A stretch of DNA of 64,000 bases from Azolla caroliniana. Its lineage: Eukaryota; Plantae; Polypodiophyta. A program made the position numbers and the translations under genes. The first letter of the stretch is position 1. Each line of letters starts with the position of its first letter. The notes beneath the pieces are model-generated. The model saw only the letters and a list, made by a program, of their open reading frames with translations, was not told where the DNA came from and searched no databases. Positions 1 to 12,339 of the stretch are shown here, in pieces. The stretch covers positions 4,774,001-4,838,000 of the forward strand of contig JBHGNT010000020.1 of assembly GCA_043228905.1 (NCBI GenBank), given 5' to 3'.

Positions 1-553
1 GTCGAGCACCTTCAATGCACACACCGGATACTTCGGTATGTTAGCGGTACGAAGGACCGGGGACTGTTATACCGACACGGTATAGTTGGGAATCTAGTCG
101 GATATACCGATGTCGACTAGGTTGGTGATGCATCAAATTGCCAATCCACCTCTAGCTACATGGTTTTTCTTGGTAGCGCGGCTGTTGCGTGGAGCAGCAA
201 AAAGCAGCCAACAGTGGCTCTGTCGAGCACTGAGGCTGAATATCGGGGCGCTACCATTGCCACCTGTGAAGCCATCTGGCTTTGACGACTGTTGCGAGAC
301 CTGCGAATCAAGGTGACGACCCCGATCCTAATCTACTGCGACAATGTAAGCAGCATACAGCTCGCCAAGAATCCAGTATTCCATGCTCGGACAAAGCACA
401 TAGAAGTGCATTATCACTTTGTGCGTGAGCGGGTCCTGAGCGGTGAAGTTGAACTTCGGTATGTTCACACGGATCGGCAAGCTGCCGATATCTTCACCAA
501 GCCACTCAGATCGAACAAGTTGAAGCACTTTTTGGAGATGCTCGACGTGCCGC
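1..553 (+). pseudogene. Ty1/Copia RT-RNase H C-terminal fragment
   Basis: ORF 292-561 has [32 protein letters not shown], the Copia RNase H motif. It is cut by an LTR starting at 554. Confidence 0.9.
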
Positions 554-1024
554 TATCGTGATGTTTCTAACATAGTGTGAAACCACCCTCGAAAAGAAGT
601 AAAATAGTATTACAAATAAACTAGTATTGTGAAGTCAACTTCATTGGTAGAAAAAATACTTTTTCATTTTCCAAAGATAATTCCTTATAAATAAATGGTC
701 AAAGGATTGAACCTTACAATAAATAATGATGAATATTAAGTTAGAGGTGGTTTTCAAAAGTAGACAAAAGTAGAGAAAACGATGGAGAGAAAAAAAAAAG
801 CATGCATGGATATGAGCACATTAAAGAAAAAAGCTCATAATTTCCTCGTCAGATGTCCAAATTAGAAAAGCAAAGATGCATAAGAAATCTAACCCAAAGA
901 GCTTTCCAAGAATATCTTGCATCTAAAAGTTGGGGCTAGAAAACAGAAATGGTGAGGAAAAGAAAAGTTGACTCATATAGACAAGCGATTTTTTTAGGGG
1001 AAAAAGGTAAGCAATCCTAAACCT
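554..1024 (+). mobile_element. 5' part of a Gypsy LTR (same family as 32937-33836), truncated
   Basis: Starts TATCGTGATGTTT...GAAACCACCCTC and is collinear with the solo LTR at 32937 up to AAGCAATCCTAAACCT. Confidence 0.75.
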
Positions 1025-3622
1025 GAGATATTACATGTAATCGACTCACGTGGAATACGAGATGAACTATAACGTTGGAAGGCAAATCCAAATGATAAGC
1101 ATTGGGACCTATACATTTTAAAACTTTTTATGGTCCACAATACCGTGGGGCTAATTTTGCACATGGTTCTGTTCTCAATGTTTCTGAGTCCTTAGGAACC
1201 CGTAGAAAAACCTATTGTCCTATGTGGAATTCCCTTGGTTTTCTATCATGATTCGCATAAAAGACATTTCTGTCTCGTGCCATCCTAAGGTTTTCTTCTG
1301 CTAACTTACGTGCTTCGAGCATATCAGATAGAAAATCCTTTGTACTATCCAAAGTGTGCGAATCAAAAGAAACATCAATAGGAGGACGTGGCGTATAACC
1401 ATACACCAACATGAACAGACTGTATTTTGTTGATGTATGCTTAGCGCTGTTCTAGGCAAATTCCACCATAGGAAGGTAAGTCTCCCATAATGAGGGTTTT
1501 TGCGCTACATATGCTCTCAACATATCCTCTAATATTTGATTCACTCTCTCAGTCTACCCATCTGACTGAGGATGATCAAAAGAATTGAGACTCAAGGTTG
1601 TACTTGTAAGCTTGGAGTCTCGATCACTTACAATCTCCATCAGTAGACCATATAAGCTATAAAGATGTTTAATAAACTTAATAGCCAATTGCTTTGCGGT
1701 AATTGTGGATTTTGTTGGAATGAATCTTGCCATCTTGGTAAGCCAATCAGTAACCACCCAAATGGCATTATTTCCCTCAATGGAACAAGGTAATCCAACT
1801 ATGAAATCCATGGATATACTTTGCCACTTTTCAGCTGGAATATCGAGAGGTTGCAATAAGCCAACTTTTTTCTGTCAGTCGGCCTTAATGACCTGACATT
1901 GTGGACAATGTATAACATAGGACTCTACCTCAGGTTTCATTTTTTGCTAGAAAAACCTACCTTTAATCAAAGCTAATTTTCTTTGGACACCTGGATGTCT
2001 AGCAGAAGGGGCATCATGACATTCATACAGAATTTTATTCTTGATGTCCTTTATGTGTGGTATGAAAACCTTACTATTGCGGTATAATAACCCATTCGCA
2101 ACATAGTAAAGGTTCTTCGGGGTAGATGTGGTTCCATAATCGACGTCAATACCTGTTTTAGCTCTCTTCCAGAACTTGGAAAATGTTTTGTCATCAAGGT
2201 ATTTTTGTTTACCCCGGATCAAATCAAATAAGTCGTTAAATTTCACGAAACTTAGGGCATTAATTTTTGGAATACGATCAGGGCATTTGCAATGGAATTC
2301 AAAGCCCCTTTTCGATATCTAATTTCGAAATCGAAGTCTTGCATCAACTCCGCCTATCTTGCCTTTCGACCTCAAAATTTGTCCGCGAGAGGAAGTATTG
2401 CAAGGATTTGTGGTCCGTTAAAACAGTGAATTTACTACTATACAAATAATGTCACCATTTCTTTAAGGCATAAATGATAGAAAATAATTCTTTTTCTTGA
2501 ACCGAATAATTTCTTTGGGCTGAATCCAATTTTTTGCTTTCAAAAGCAATTGGTCTCCCAATTTGAAATAATGCAGCCCCAATAACATACTCACTTGCAT
2601 CTGTCTCAACTTCAAATGTTTGATTAGGATCAGGTACAACTAAAGTAGGTACATTCACAATTAATGACTTCAACTTATTGAAGGTTTCTTCAAGAGAGGC
2701 ATTCCACTCAATAGGGTTAGTGGACTTTCTTGTGATACCCTTCAATAGGTCCATAAATGGTGCAGTGTAGGATGAATAGTTTTGAAGATATCTTCTTAGG
2801 AATCCAACAAATCCTAAGAAAGATCGTAGCTCCTTAACATTTGAAGGTTGTGGCCAATTTAATATTGCTTCTATCTTAGATTTATCGATAGAAACGATTG
2901 ACCTAGATATGTGGTGTCCAAGATACATAACTTCCTTTTGAAAGAAATCACATTTAGATAGTTTGGCAAATAGCTTGTATTCACGAAGCTTATCCAAAAC
3001 TATTCGGACATGACACACATGATCCTCAAATGTGTTACTATATACCATGATGTCATCAAGGAATACAACCACGAAATTACATAGCTAATCTCTGAATATA
3101 TCATTCATCAATTGTTGGAATGTGGCTAGAGCATCAGTCAACCCAAATGGTAGAACCCGAAACTCATAATGACCATAACGAGTTCGGAAAGCTGTTTTGG
3201 AAACATCTTCTTCTGAAACCCTGATCTGATGATAGTCAGTGCGCAAGTCTATCTCAGTAAAATATCTTGCACTTCTATCTATCAAGTCATTAGAATGAGG
3301 AAAAGGGTAGGAATTGCGAATGGTGAGTTTATTCAAACCCTTGTAATTTACACACATTCGCCAAGTTCCATCCTTCTTCTTGGCCAAGATGACTGGAGTT
3401 CCCCATGGCGATTTGCTGTACCGGATGTGTCCTATCCTCAAGTACTTCTTGATTTGTCGGGCAATTTCATCCTCTTCGGTTCGACTCAACTGATAAGGGG
3501 GTATGCTCACAGGTTTAGCGCCTAGAACCAAGTTTATCTTATGATCTATAGACCGAGAAGGAGGCAATCCTTGAGGTAACTTATCCGGAAATAAGTCCTT
3601 AAAATGCGACAAGATTTCACGT

Positions 3623-4364
3623 TGTCGTAGTGTATTTCATACACTACGTGAAAAACTTATAAAGTACCGATTTAATAAATATGAATAAATAGTAGAAAAT
3701 ATTAAAATATATATAACATTCATAGGGCAAGATTCAAACCTTGCACCTCCATGTTAATAATGTAATGTCTTACCATTACACTAGCATTTCATTAGTGTTC
3801 AAAAGTAGATGTTCCACATAGAAAGGTTAGTTCACCTAGGATAAACTTTAGTTAAAAGAAAAACGCATGCTAAAAGAAAAAGCTACGCATGCACATCTAG
3901 CGTGCATGAACGCTATAGTTGATAATAATAATAATAACGCACAAGTTCGAAAAAGCATGATCACTTTAGATAAAGCATATAGTCTATCTATAGAAAAAGC
4001 ACAGAGTCTATAGTTAGAAAAGAAAAAGCATGGATTGCTAAGACTCTCTCATCTCTATATAAGGATGAGGAGCACAATGTAAGGGTGTGAAAAATATTTG
4101 GGAAATTGGATATATTTCCTAAAACACCACCAATTAATATAATATATTCGTGGGATTCACGAATTTGTGATAAAAATTGTCTCTTACTATCTAAATATTG
4201 ATTAAATACACTGAACTCGTGAGATTCACGAGATTAATAACTTACCTATCTTTCTAATAATCTATTCATAACTATAAACTTGTCTCAAATTCTTCCTCCT
4301 AGTCCAAAACCCCAGTGGTTCCCACCCGACTCACGCAAACGATCCGGAGCCGAAAGGCATGACA
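3623..4364 (+). mobile_element. Solo LTR with 4-bp TSD (ACGT)
   Basis: TGTCGTAG...GGCATGACA is flanked by ACGT at 3619-3622 and 4365-4368. It interrupts Gypsy pol and is homologous to the LTR ending at 56768. Confidence 0.9.
3723..3785 (-). promoter_or_regulatory. tRNA-like Pol III A/B box module inside LTR
   Basis: Minus strand TAGTGTAATGG (A box) and GGTTTGAATC (B box) 43 nt apart, with T-arm stem GCAAG/CTTGC. Confidence 0.65.
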
Positions 4365-7300
4365 ACGTAGAGCATCTTTCTCAAAATCATCCAATGAACT
4401 CTTATCTACAAATTGATACAGAGGATCATTGGGCTGTAATATACACACATAAAATTGTGCATCGACATTTTGACCATAAGTATAAAGATGATTAACAAAC
4501 ATTAAATTGTTTATCGCAGTCCCATGAATAAAAACTTGTTGGTTGTTATTTCCTTCAAAAGAAATAGTATGATTCAACCAATCGATATCAAGACTATGTC
4601 TATTATAAAACCATATGTAACCAAGAACTACATCTACTATTCGTAAACGCATTACATGAAAAGTCAACTTTTTAGTGTAGTTATTTATTACTAGGTGTAC
4701 ACCATGTGCAATTAATGAATGCCTTTGGACACGGCCTCCCACAGTAAGAACTTTGTAGTCGTGGTCACTTTTGGTTGTTTTTATTCGTAACATATGCACC
4801 ATATTAGAGTCAAGAAAATTATGAGTGCTACCATGGTCAAATAGTATAGTTACACTTTGATTGTGGATAGTCCCATAAGTTCTAAGTAAATCGTGTGGTC
4901 CAAGAATATTTTTTTGTAATGCAATAGTACTAACGAAATTCAAATAATTCAAGAACATACTTGGATTATTGGAAGTTGATGGCTTTCTTTGCGGATTGTT
5001 GGAGTAACCGCTCTCCTTTCTCCGCCTACACTCATTGGCTTTATGCCCAGGATTCTTACAAAAGTTGCAGATTATTACCCGCCTTTTCGCATTGTCGCTT
5101 TGACCTATCAGAGAAAGTTGGTATCTACGTTTACCGCTTTCTCCTTCCGACTCTTTTGGTTGGTAACGAGCTTTTGTGTCAAATAGAATGCAAGCACGTT
5201 CCATCGCTTCTCCCAAAGTCTTGGGTTGATGAACGTGGATCTCATAATGAAAATCTTTATTATGGAAACTATTAATATATAATCCTATCAATATTTCCTC
5301 GTTAGAAGCCGACAAAAAAAGTCCATGCTTTGTTATCAAGTGACTTGACAATATCGTCTTGCGTTTTATGGAAATCATCCCTTGTGACGAATTCGATATC
5401 GTCATTAATGTCGTCATGGACCGGAGATATTGATTGGTCGTCCTCATCTCGCATCGGAGAAATTGGATGACCTTGACGGGTGGGAGATGTGGGATGTGTC
5501 GAAAATTTTTGTTGGTTGAGAGATGTGTGATGTGTGGAATTGCGAGAGGAGGAAGCCATGATTAATACAGAGAGTTGAGAGAGTAAGGAAATAAGTATAC
5601 TAAAGTCTACAGTACTAAAGTTATATAAGACTTTAGAATTTGGATGAGGGAGTCAAGTATGATATATTATCATGAGAGATAATACTTATATACCTTTTTT
5701 CATTCAAGTTGGTGAGGATAAAAGATCCCCCTATGATATATCCAATTTAGGAAATTATCCCCTTTTTATCTATTTCGATTCCTAGATTAGACATTAGGAA
5801 ATAAGACCACCCTTTTTAGGAAGTCGGTGATGAGTAGTCGGTCACCACCTCTCTCAAGATAATCCCTTAAATTCTTCCAAACTAGGAAATTCTCCCTTTT
5901 CAGTTAATGAAAAATCCTAGTTTAGGTTTTAGGAATAAACATCCCCTTTTTGGAAGTCGGTGGTAATAGCTTGCGATTTCCATGAGAATCACTGCTAACA
6001 AACAGGGGTGATGATCAAAACATCCCTTCAATCATCATCCCCCTATTCTTCCCATCCATCTCACACTCATGCTCCCCTCTCAAAAAACTAATTTCCCCCC
6101 CTTATCTCTCTCCTTTGTATCGATTATCCATATAATCATAAAATCATCCTTATAATCAACTATATAATCATCCATATAATTGATCCATTAACGCTAATGA
6201 TCAATGGTTTATCCATCCATCATCGCGTAATTTAAACACACCCGTGGTGATGGATGATTGTGGTCATTCGAATAAACCTTAGGGTCGATGATCAATTGAT
6301 CATTGACATTCAATGATCATCACCCTAGTTATATCGGCCAATTTTAATTAAATTGATTATCAATGATCATTATCCTTATATATGATGATCATCAATTATT
6401 TCATCAAAAATTAGATGATCAAGCATCACCTATAGTCTATTGGTGGCCGACCTCTAGAGATGCAATCTCCATACGTAAGGCCGCTTCATGGGCATGGCCT
6501 TCAGATCAAGAGGGGTATACGAAAAATAAAATATAAGTATATTTAAGGTGCTTTTATTTTAATAAATATATATTAAATATCTTAACGTAAAACAAAAACA
6601 TAATAACAATAACAATAATTCCATGAAACTTTATTTATTTATTTTATTTTAAACCCCTTGATTTTATTTTGTGCATCAATGGATCGCACTCAAAGCCTTT
6701 TCATTTAAGGTTATAACAAGGATCTACTAACCAACCCATCAATATATGTCAAAACCTTAATATATTTATTATACATAAACCACACATCAACATATCACCC
6801 CCAAACGGAATCTCCATGGCGTTTTCGACACTTCCCCAATCCATCATTTAACATACATTAGTACATAAAAAAATAACATATTTTCCCGTACTAAAGCACA
6901 CAACGTGAATCCAATCAAACAATATTTTTTTAGGATTAAAACCACTCTAATACCATATGTAATAACCAAGATCATTAATCCTAAAATAAAGACATAAATG
7001 ACAAAAACATACTGAAAATACACGTTACTACCCATCCACCCCCACGCTAGAGTCGACAACGTAGACGATGAATCCCGATCTATTCCATACCAGCCAGGAT
7101 CTCCACGTTAGGACCTTGGTAGATGACTAGTCCACATTAAAGAGAGCTTCGTTAGACGCACTCAAGGGGCTCCCCCCCTGCTAAGGAGAGTATGCCCTAT
7201 TTAATGACACACATTAGGCCAATCCAATAAAGCTGACAACTGAGATATTACAGTATGATAGCCCCCAAATAAGCACGTCTAAACCAATGAACATTACATT

Positions 7301-8749
7301 GAGATTGTCAAGAATGATCTAAATAGATGACTTAACCAACTAGATTCCATGAGAGGGATGCTACAAATGTGCCAACAATTGGATATGTTGGTTATATTGG
7401 CAAATATTCATCTTGGTTCCGAGTTTCATAGGGGTCCAACCAAACTTTTCATGATGTATAATTGATGAAAATATTTGCATATGGCCTTGTTTAATCTAGT
7501 GTCATTGCACATGTTGGTAAATCTAACAAGTGTTGAAAAGGTGGGAGTTGATATAATATTAACCCGTGACACTCAAACCATGAATACCAAATGAGGTATT
7601 CCTAAACATTAGCAATCAACAATGGATTGGTTTGAGTCCACATTGGGGCATGAAACCACAATGCAACAAGTCATCATGTTAAATGGTTCGGTTTTGTTTC
7701 TACCATACATCTTATAAGCTTTGCCATCGATATGCATAAGTCCTCAATTGTAAGGAATATATGATATGTATATATGATTGCGAACCATAACATATAATAA
7801 GTTGAGTTATCATAACCATAATATGAACCATACGTACCATATGTGCATTCACATTCGCGTAAGAAAAACACCCTCAAAGAATGATAAATACCATACTTTT
7901 GGATTATCTATTTATTATGAGGTAAATAAGCCTAAAAAATGGAAAAAAACAAAAACAAAACATTAAAAAAATGGGAAGAAAACAACAAAAAAACACAAGA
8001 ATGTTTGAATAACATTCGCATTCATTTTCCAACGTAGGAAAATGAATGTTATGCTAGACGAACACGAATTTTACGTACTATGATCATAACAATAAACTAT
8101 TTTATTGTTTAAGTTTCTCTAAAATTTAACACATGCATGTGCTTTCTGGTAGATGTGGAGAAATGTTTTAACCTCACATATTTCTTCTCTTTTTTTGAAC
8201 TAGGTATTTTGCATGCATATACTTATTTTTTATTGTTTCCCTTACTTTGATTGTATTTAAACTCATTAAGTACTTTTGAGATTTGTAACATTCTTTATCA
8301 AACCATTCCTTCTTTGAGATACATTTCGAGGTCAAAATAGTAGATTGACAACCATTTTCCCATTTTTTTCCAGCTAATTTATTTATTTTATTATAAATTT
8401 TCTCACGTAGAAATTATATTTTAAAAAATTAGGGAAGGACTATAATAAAATATGAGGAACTTGGGTGGGAGGGGGAGAAATTAATGTATTGTATAGCCTA
8501 TGAAAATTCAAGGTGGAGAGGGATAATCCTTTTTTTTGTGAGAGAGAATGAGAGTGTAGATTGGCTTTAAATGCTTGTTTTTCATGAAAAATACTACAAT
8601 GGTAGTACAACTAGGTCATGACACAATTATAAGGGTACATGAAAGTTGTTGAATTATTAATAGCCAAGAACACGAAATTTGTAGCACAACTAAACCGTGT
8701 AATAGGGGTAGCAAAATATTCCATTGAGGAAAAAATTTCAAATTGTTCC

Positions 8750-9311
8750 TGTTGAGATATCAAGCTCAACTTAGTTACCCACGTAACTTAGTAGTTACCT
8801 CGATAGAATCTAGTTAGTGTGTTGACTTTTTAAACGCCAACTACCCAACGTGGGAGCGAGAAGTGAGTTGGGTAATGTATTGCTTGGAAACATGTGTCCA
8901 CGACCACATGCTTAGCCACATTCGAGATGCTAAGATGCCTAAAGAAGTATGGGTGAACTTAAAGAAAATATTCGCCACCAACACAATGGCACGCAAGCTT
9001 CAACTCCGGCAAGAGTTGAACAACATATGGCAAAAAGATATGTTTGTGTAGGACTACACCGCCAAGATCAAGAGCATTTGGGTGTCATACACAATGGCAT
9101 GCAAGCTTCAACTATGACAAGAGTTGAACAACATATGACAAAAAGATATGTCTGTGTCGGACTACACCGCCAAGATCAAGAGCATTTGGGTGTCATACAC
9201 AATGGCACGCAAGCTTCAACTACAACAAGAGTTAAACAACATACAAAAAAAAGATATGTCCATGTCGGACTACACCACCAAGATCAAGAGAATTTGGGTG
9301 TCATAGACATA
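8750..9311 (+). mobile_element. Deleted Copia: LTR start fused to gag fragment containing a 108-bp triplication
   Basis: TGTTGAGATATCAAGCTCAAC resembles the Copia LTR start at 45865. Gag reads VMYCLETCVHDHML...ARKLQLRQELNN. Repeat units start at 8981, 9089 and 9197. Confidence 0.75.
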
Positions 9312-11100
9312 TGTCACAACACGGTGGAAGGTAGGGATTGAACCCAAGACCTCCTGGTCTCCATTGGGCAACCCTACCCATCATTGTATTCAAATCCAAC
9401 TTCATGTATGGTAGATTGAACAAATAAAGTTCCTAGGTTGCATGCATTCTCTATTCCTAGCTTGCTTACCTGCATTCTCTTTTCCGAGCTTGCATACATG
9501 CATTGTCTATTCCTAGCTTGCATGGATCTTCATGCATTCTCTTTTCCTAGCTTGCATACATGCATTCTCTATTCCTGGCTTGCATGGATCTTTATGAATT
9601 CTCTATTCCTAGCTAGCATACATACCTCTACCTTCTTGTATAAATACTTAGGTGCACCTTGATTCTAATTAAGGTGAACAACACTAGTTATGGAATCATA
9701 AGTCAAGTTCTTGTTCTTTTTCTCTCTCCTAGTTCTTAGTCTCGTCTTGGTTCTACTCTATCCGTGACAGTTTATTCACCTTCCTTTTCTTGCTACCATG
9801 TCTGACTCCGTTGACAACCTAAACCAAGTAATGGCAGCCTTGCAACAACTTCAACTCAAAAATGAAATCCTTCGGGAATCATTACGGGAGCTTCAATTTG
9901 TAACATCAAGAAACCCACCACCCGTTGAGCCACAATCGCCATCGGTACCTAGCCGAATCACTTCCTCTTCCCATCCATATGTCCTCGAACCAACCGTTAG
10001 CCTACTCGACAAATTCAATGTCACGAGGGCGTATCTTCGCGGCTTCATCAATCAAATTCATCTTATCATCCGTTTACAACCCCAACGGTATGCTAATGAC
10101 TTTTCTCGGGTCGGCCTCATTGGCACCCTTCTGTCTGGGCCGACGCATGCGTGGTTTGCACCCTTGGTCGAGACCTCATCCCCTCTCTTAGAAAACTTCA
10201 CCGCTTTCCTTGTTGAGGTCGAAGCTACATTCGGCGAGACAGACCGACGATGAACGACACTCACGAAGCTCTATTCCTTCTAACAAGGCTCACGTCTAGC
10301 CTCTGTCTACGCTTTAGAGTTCCACCAAATTTCCTGTGATGTCAGTTGGGATTCCCAAGCTTTATGCAACCATTTTTGTCGTGGTCTCCGAAATGATGTC
10401 AAGACTCTTCTCTTGAACTTTTCGGAGCCCACTTCGTTGTCTCAAGTAATCTCCCAAGACGTCCAATGTGATAATCGTTTGTTTGAATTTCATTAGGAAG
10501 AACGTGGGACTCGCAGGTTTTAGTCTTCTTCCTGAAATGCATCAATAGCCAGGCCCCACCCTACGTCTTAGTTTCGCCCCCCACTCCAACCTTACCCTCA
10601 CCCAATGATACTCATCCTGCAATGGAGGTCGATTCCCATACCCTAATGGAGATTGACCACGCTCGGTTCCAACCACTAACTAATGCCCAACGCCAACATC
10701 GTCGTGCCAATGGCCTCGGTTTCTATTGTGGTAACCCTGGCCATGTCATCCGCCACTACCAGGTGTGGGGCCCTTGATACAAATTCCACCATGCACATCT
10801 TGCGGAGGTTCCTAGACAACAGGAAAACGACCAAGTCCGGCTGCAGTAGGAGCCATGCCATGCTGCTAGACGCTTCCCATTACCCACGTTTTCCATGCTC
10901 CAACAAGTCCATTCCACCATTAAGAGGGTTTGCTTTGCAAGTAAGTCATTGTTTTGGGTAAACATCAATATACTCTCATGCTTTGCTCAACTCTGGAGAA
11001 TCTACTTGTTTTATCGATATATCGTTTGTCTGCGCACATAATATCTCCACCGTCCGCACATCACAACCCATATCCGTTCAAGCTCTCTCTTCGGGGGCAG
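9312..11100 (+). mobile_element. 5' part of a Tcn1/Tf1-like chromovirus Gypsy (LTR 9312-9769, gag, protease)
   Basis: LTR TGTCAC...GTGACA with TATA at 9639. PEG10/RTL-type gag (LRGFINQI...LLSGPTHAWF), Zn-knuckle remnant near 10715-10760, protease-like ALLNSGESTCFID near 10980. Confidence 0.8.
9322..9392 (-). promoter_or_regulatory. tRNA-like module at LTR 5' end
   Basis: Minus strand GAGGTCTTGGGTTCAATCCCT (T-arm/B box) with a degenerate A box 44 nt upstream. Confidence 0.55.
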
Positions 11101-12294
11101 TTAAATAAGACGATTTATGCGCAAGGAGAAAGGGAAGATGAAGATTCCGGAATATGGCATCGAGGCCGAAACGTCGGATTGAAGTGAATCCAACACGGCT
11201 AGAAGCAATGAAGAACCTCTAAAAACAGGGTTGAAATCGGCCGAGAGGGCCACAAAATCGGTGAACCAGAAGTTGCGTTGATCCACCTGCCAAAAAGAAT
11301 CCCGTAATTTGGTACAGGTACAATGAGTATATGGCACATCATTATGCATATATGGCGAAGGTAGCAAATGTGCGTGAGCCGGAAAGCTACGTAGAAGCGG
11401 CCAAGGACACGAATTGGCATGCTACTATGGAGGAAGAGATGAACGCGCTAACAGAGAATGAGACTTGGGACCTGGTTGACGCATCCAAGGGTGTGGGTGT
11501 GAAGCCTATCGGATGCAGGTGGGTGTACAAGATCAAGTACAACGCCGATGGTTCCGTCAACCAATATAAGGCCCGATTGGTGGCAAAGGGCTACACACAT
11601 AAACACGACATCAATTACGATGAGACCTTAGCGCCGGTCGCGAAGATGGCAACTATCCGTGTATTCCTGGCGGTAGTAGCGGCAAAGGGGTGGCACTTAC
11701 ATCAAATGGATGTAATGAACGTGTTCCTACAAGGCGATCTTGAGGAAGAAGTGTACATGGTACAACCCCCCACATTTCTATTTGAACGAAACACCTCGAT
11801 TGTTTTCCAATTGAAGAAGTCGTTGTATGGACTGAAACAAGCCCCGTGTGCCTGGAAAACGAAGATCACGCAAAGGTTGCATAAGATGGGGTTTGCTCCA
11901 TCAAAATCAGAGACTTCACTATTCATTCGGCCGAGTCGAACTAGACCGTTTAGCCTTCTGCTATATGTCGATGATCTAGTCATCGCTAGTGCCGACCTTG
12001 GAGAAATCAACTGAGTAAATGATGAGAAACGCATGGAATATCGCTCAGCCACAACCGAGTAATAAATCACTTCTATAAGAATCAAACACAGAAATGGGAA
12101 GTGGAGAGTACACAAGAAAAATGACACAGGATGTTTACGTGGAAAACCCTAATAGGGAAAAACCACGGGAGCCCACAGACTCCGAACTATCACTATGAAA
12201 AGAAGGGGTACAATTAGAGACTCGGAGGCAACAACCTCAAGCTCTGTTTCCTCGCATAGTGGTGGTTACAACAGAGTATTGCTCTGTATCTCTT

Positions 12295-12339
<45 letters not shown>

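Larger units (their letters stand above)
1025..7252 (-). mobile_element. Degenerate Ty3/Gypsy (chromovirus-like) retrotransposon: gag-PR-RT-RH-INT
   Basis: Zn knuckle CNFCKNPGHKANEC and protease LFDHGSTHNF (ORF 4299-5447). [15 protein letters not shown]...FLDD (2452-3612). RNase H ETDASEY...NYSVQEKEL. Integrase SISMDFIVGLP...HPQSDG and terminal VFHVSRL near 1040. The right boundary (TGTAATATCTCAG on minus at 7252) is tentative. Confidence 0.85.

Noticed and set aside
7253-8749. Possible decayed coding sequence or host gene
   Set aside because: The frames I translated contain multiple stops and no motif I recognise; left unannotated.
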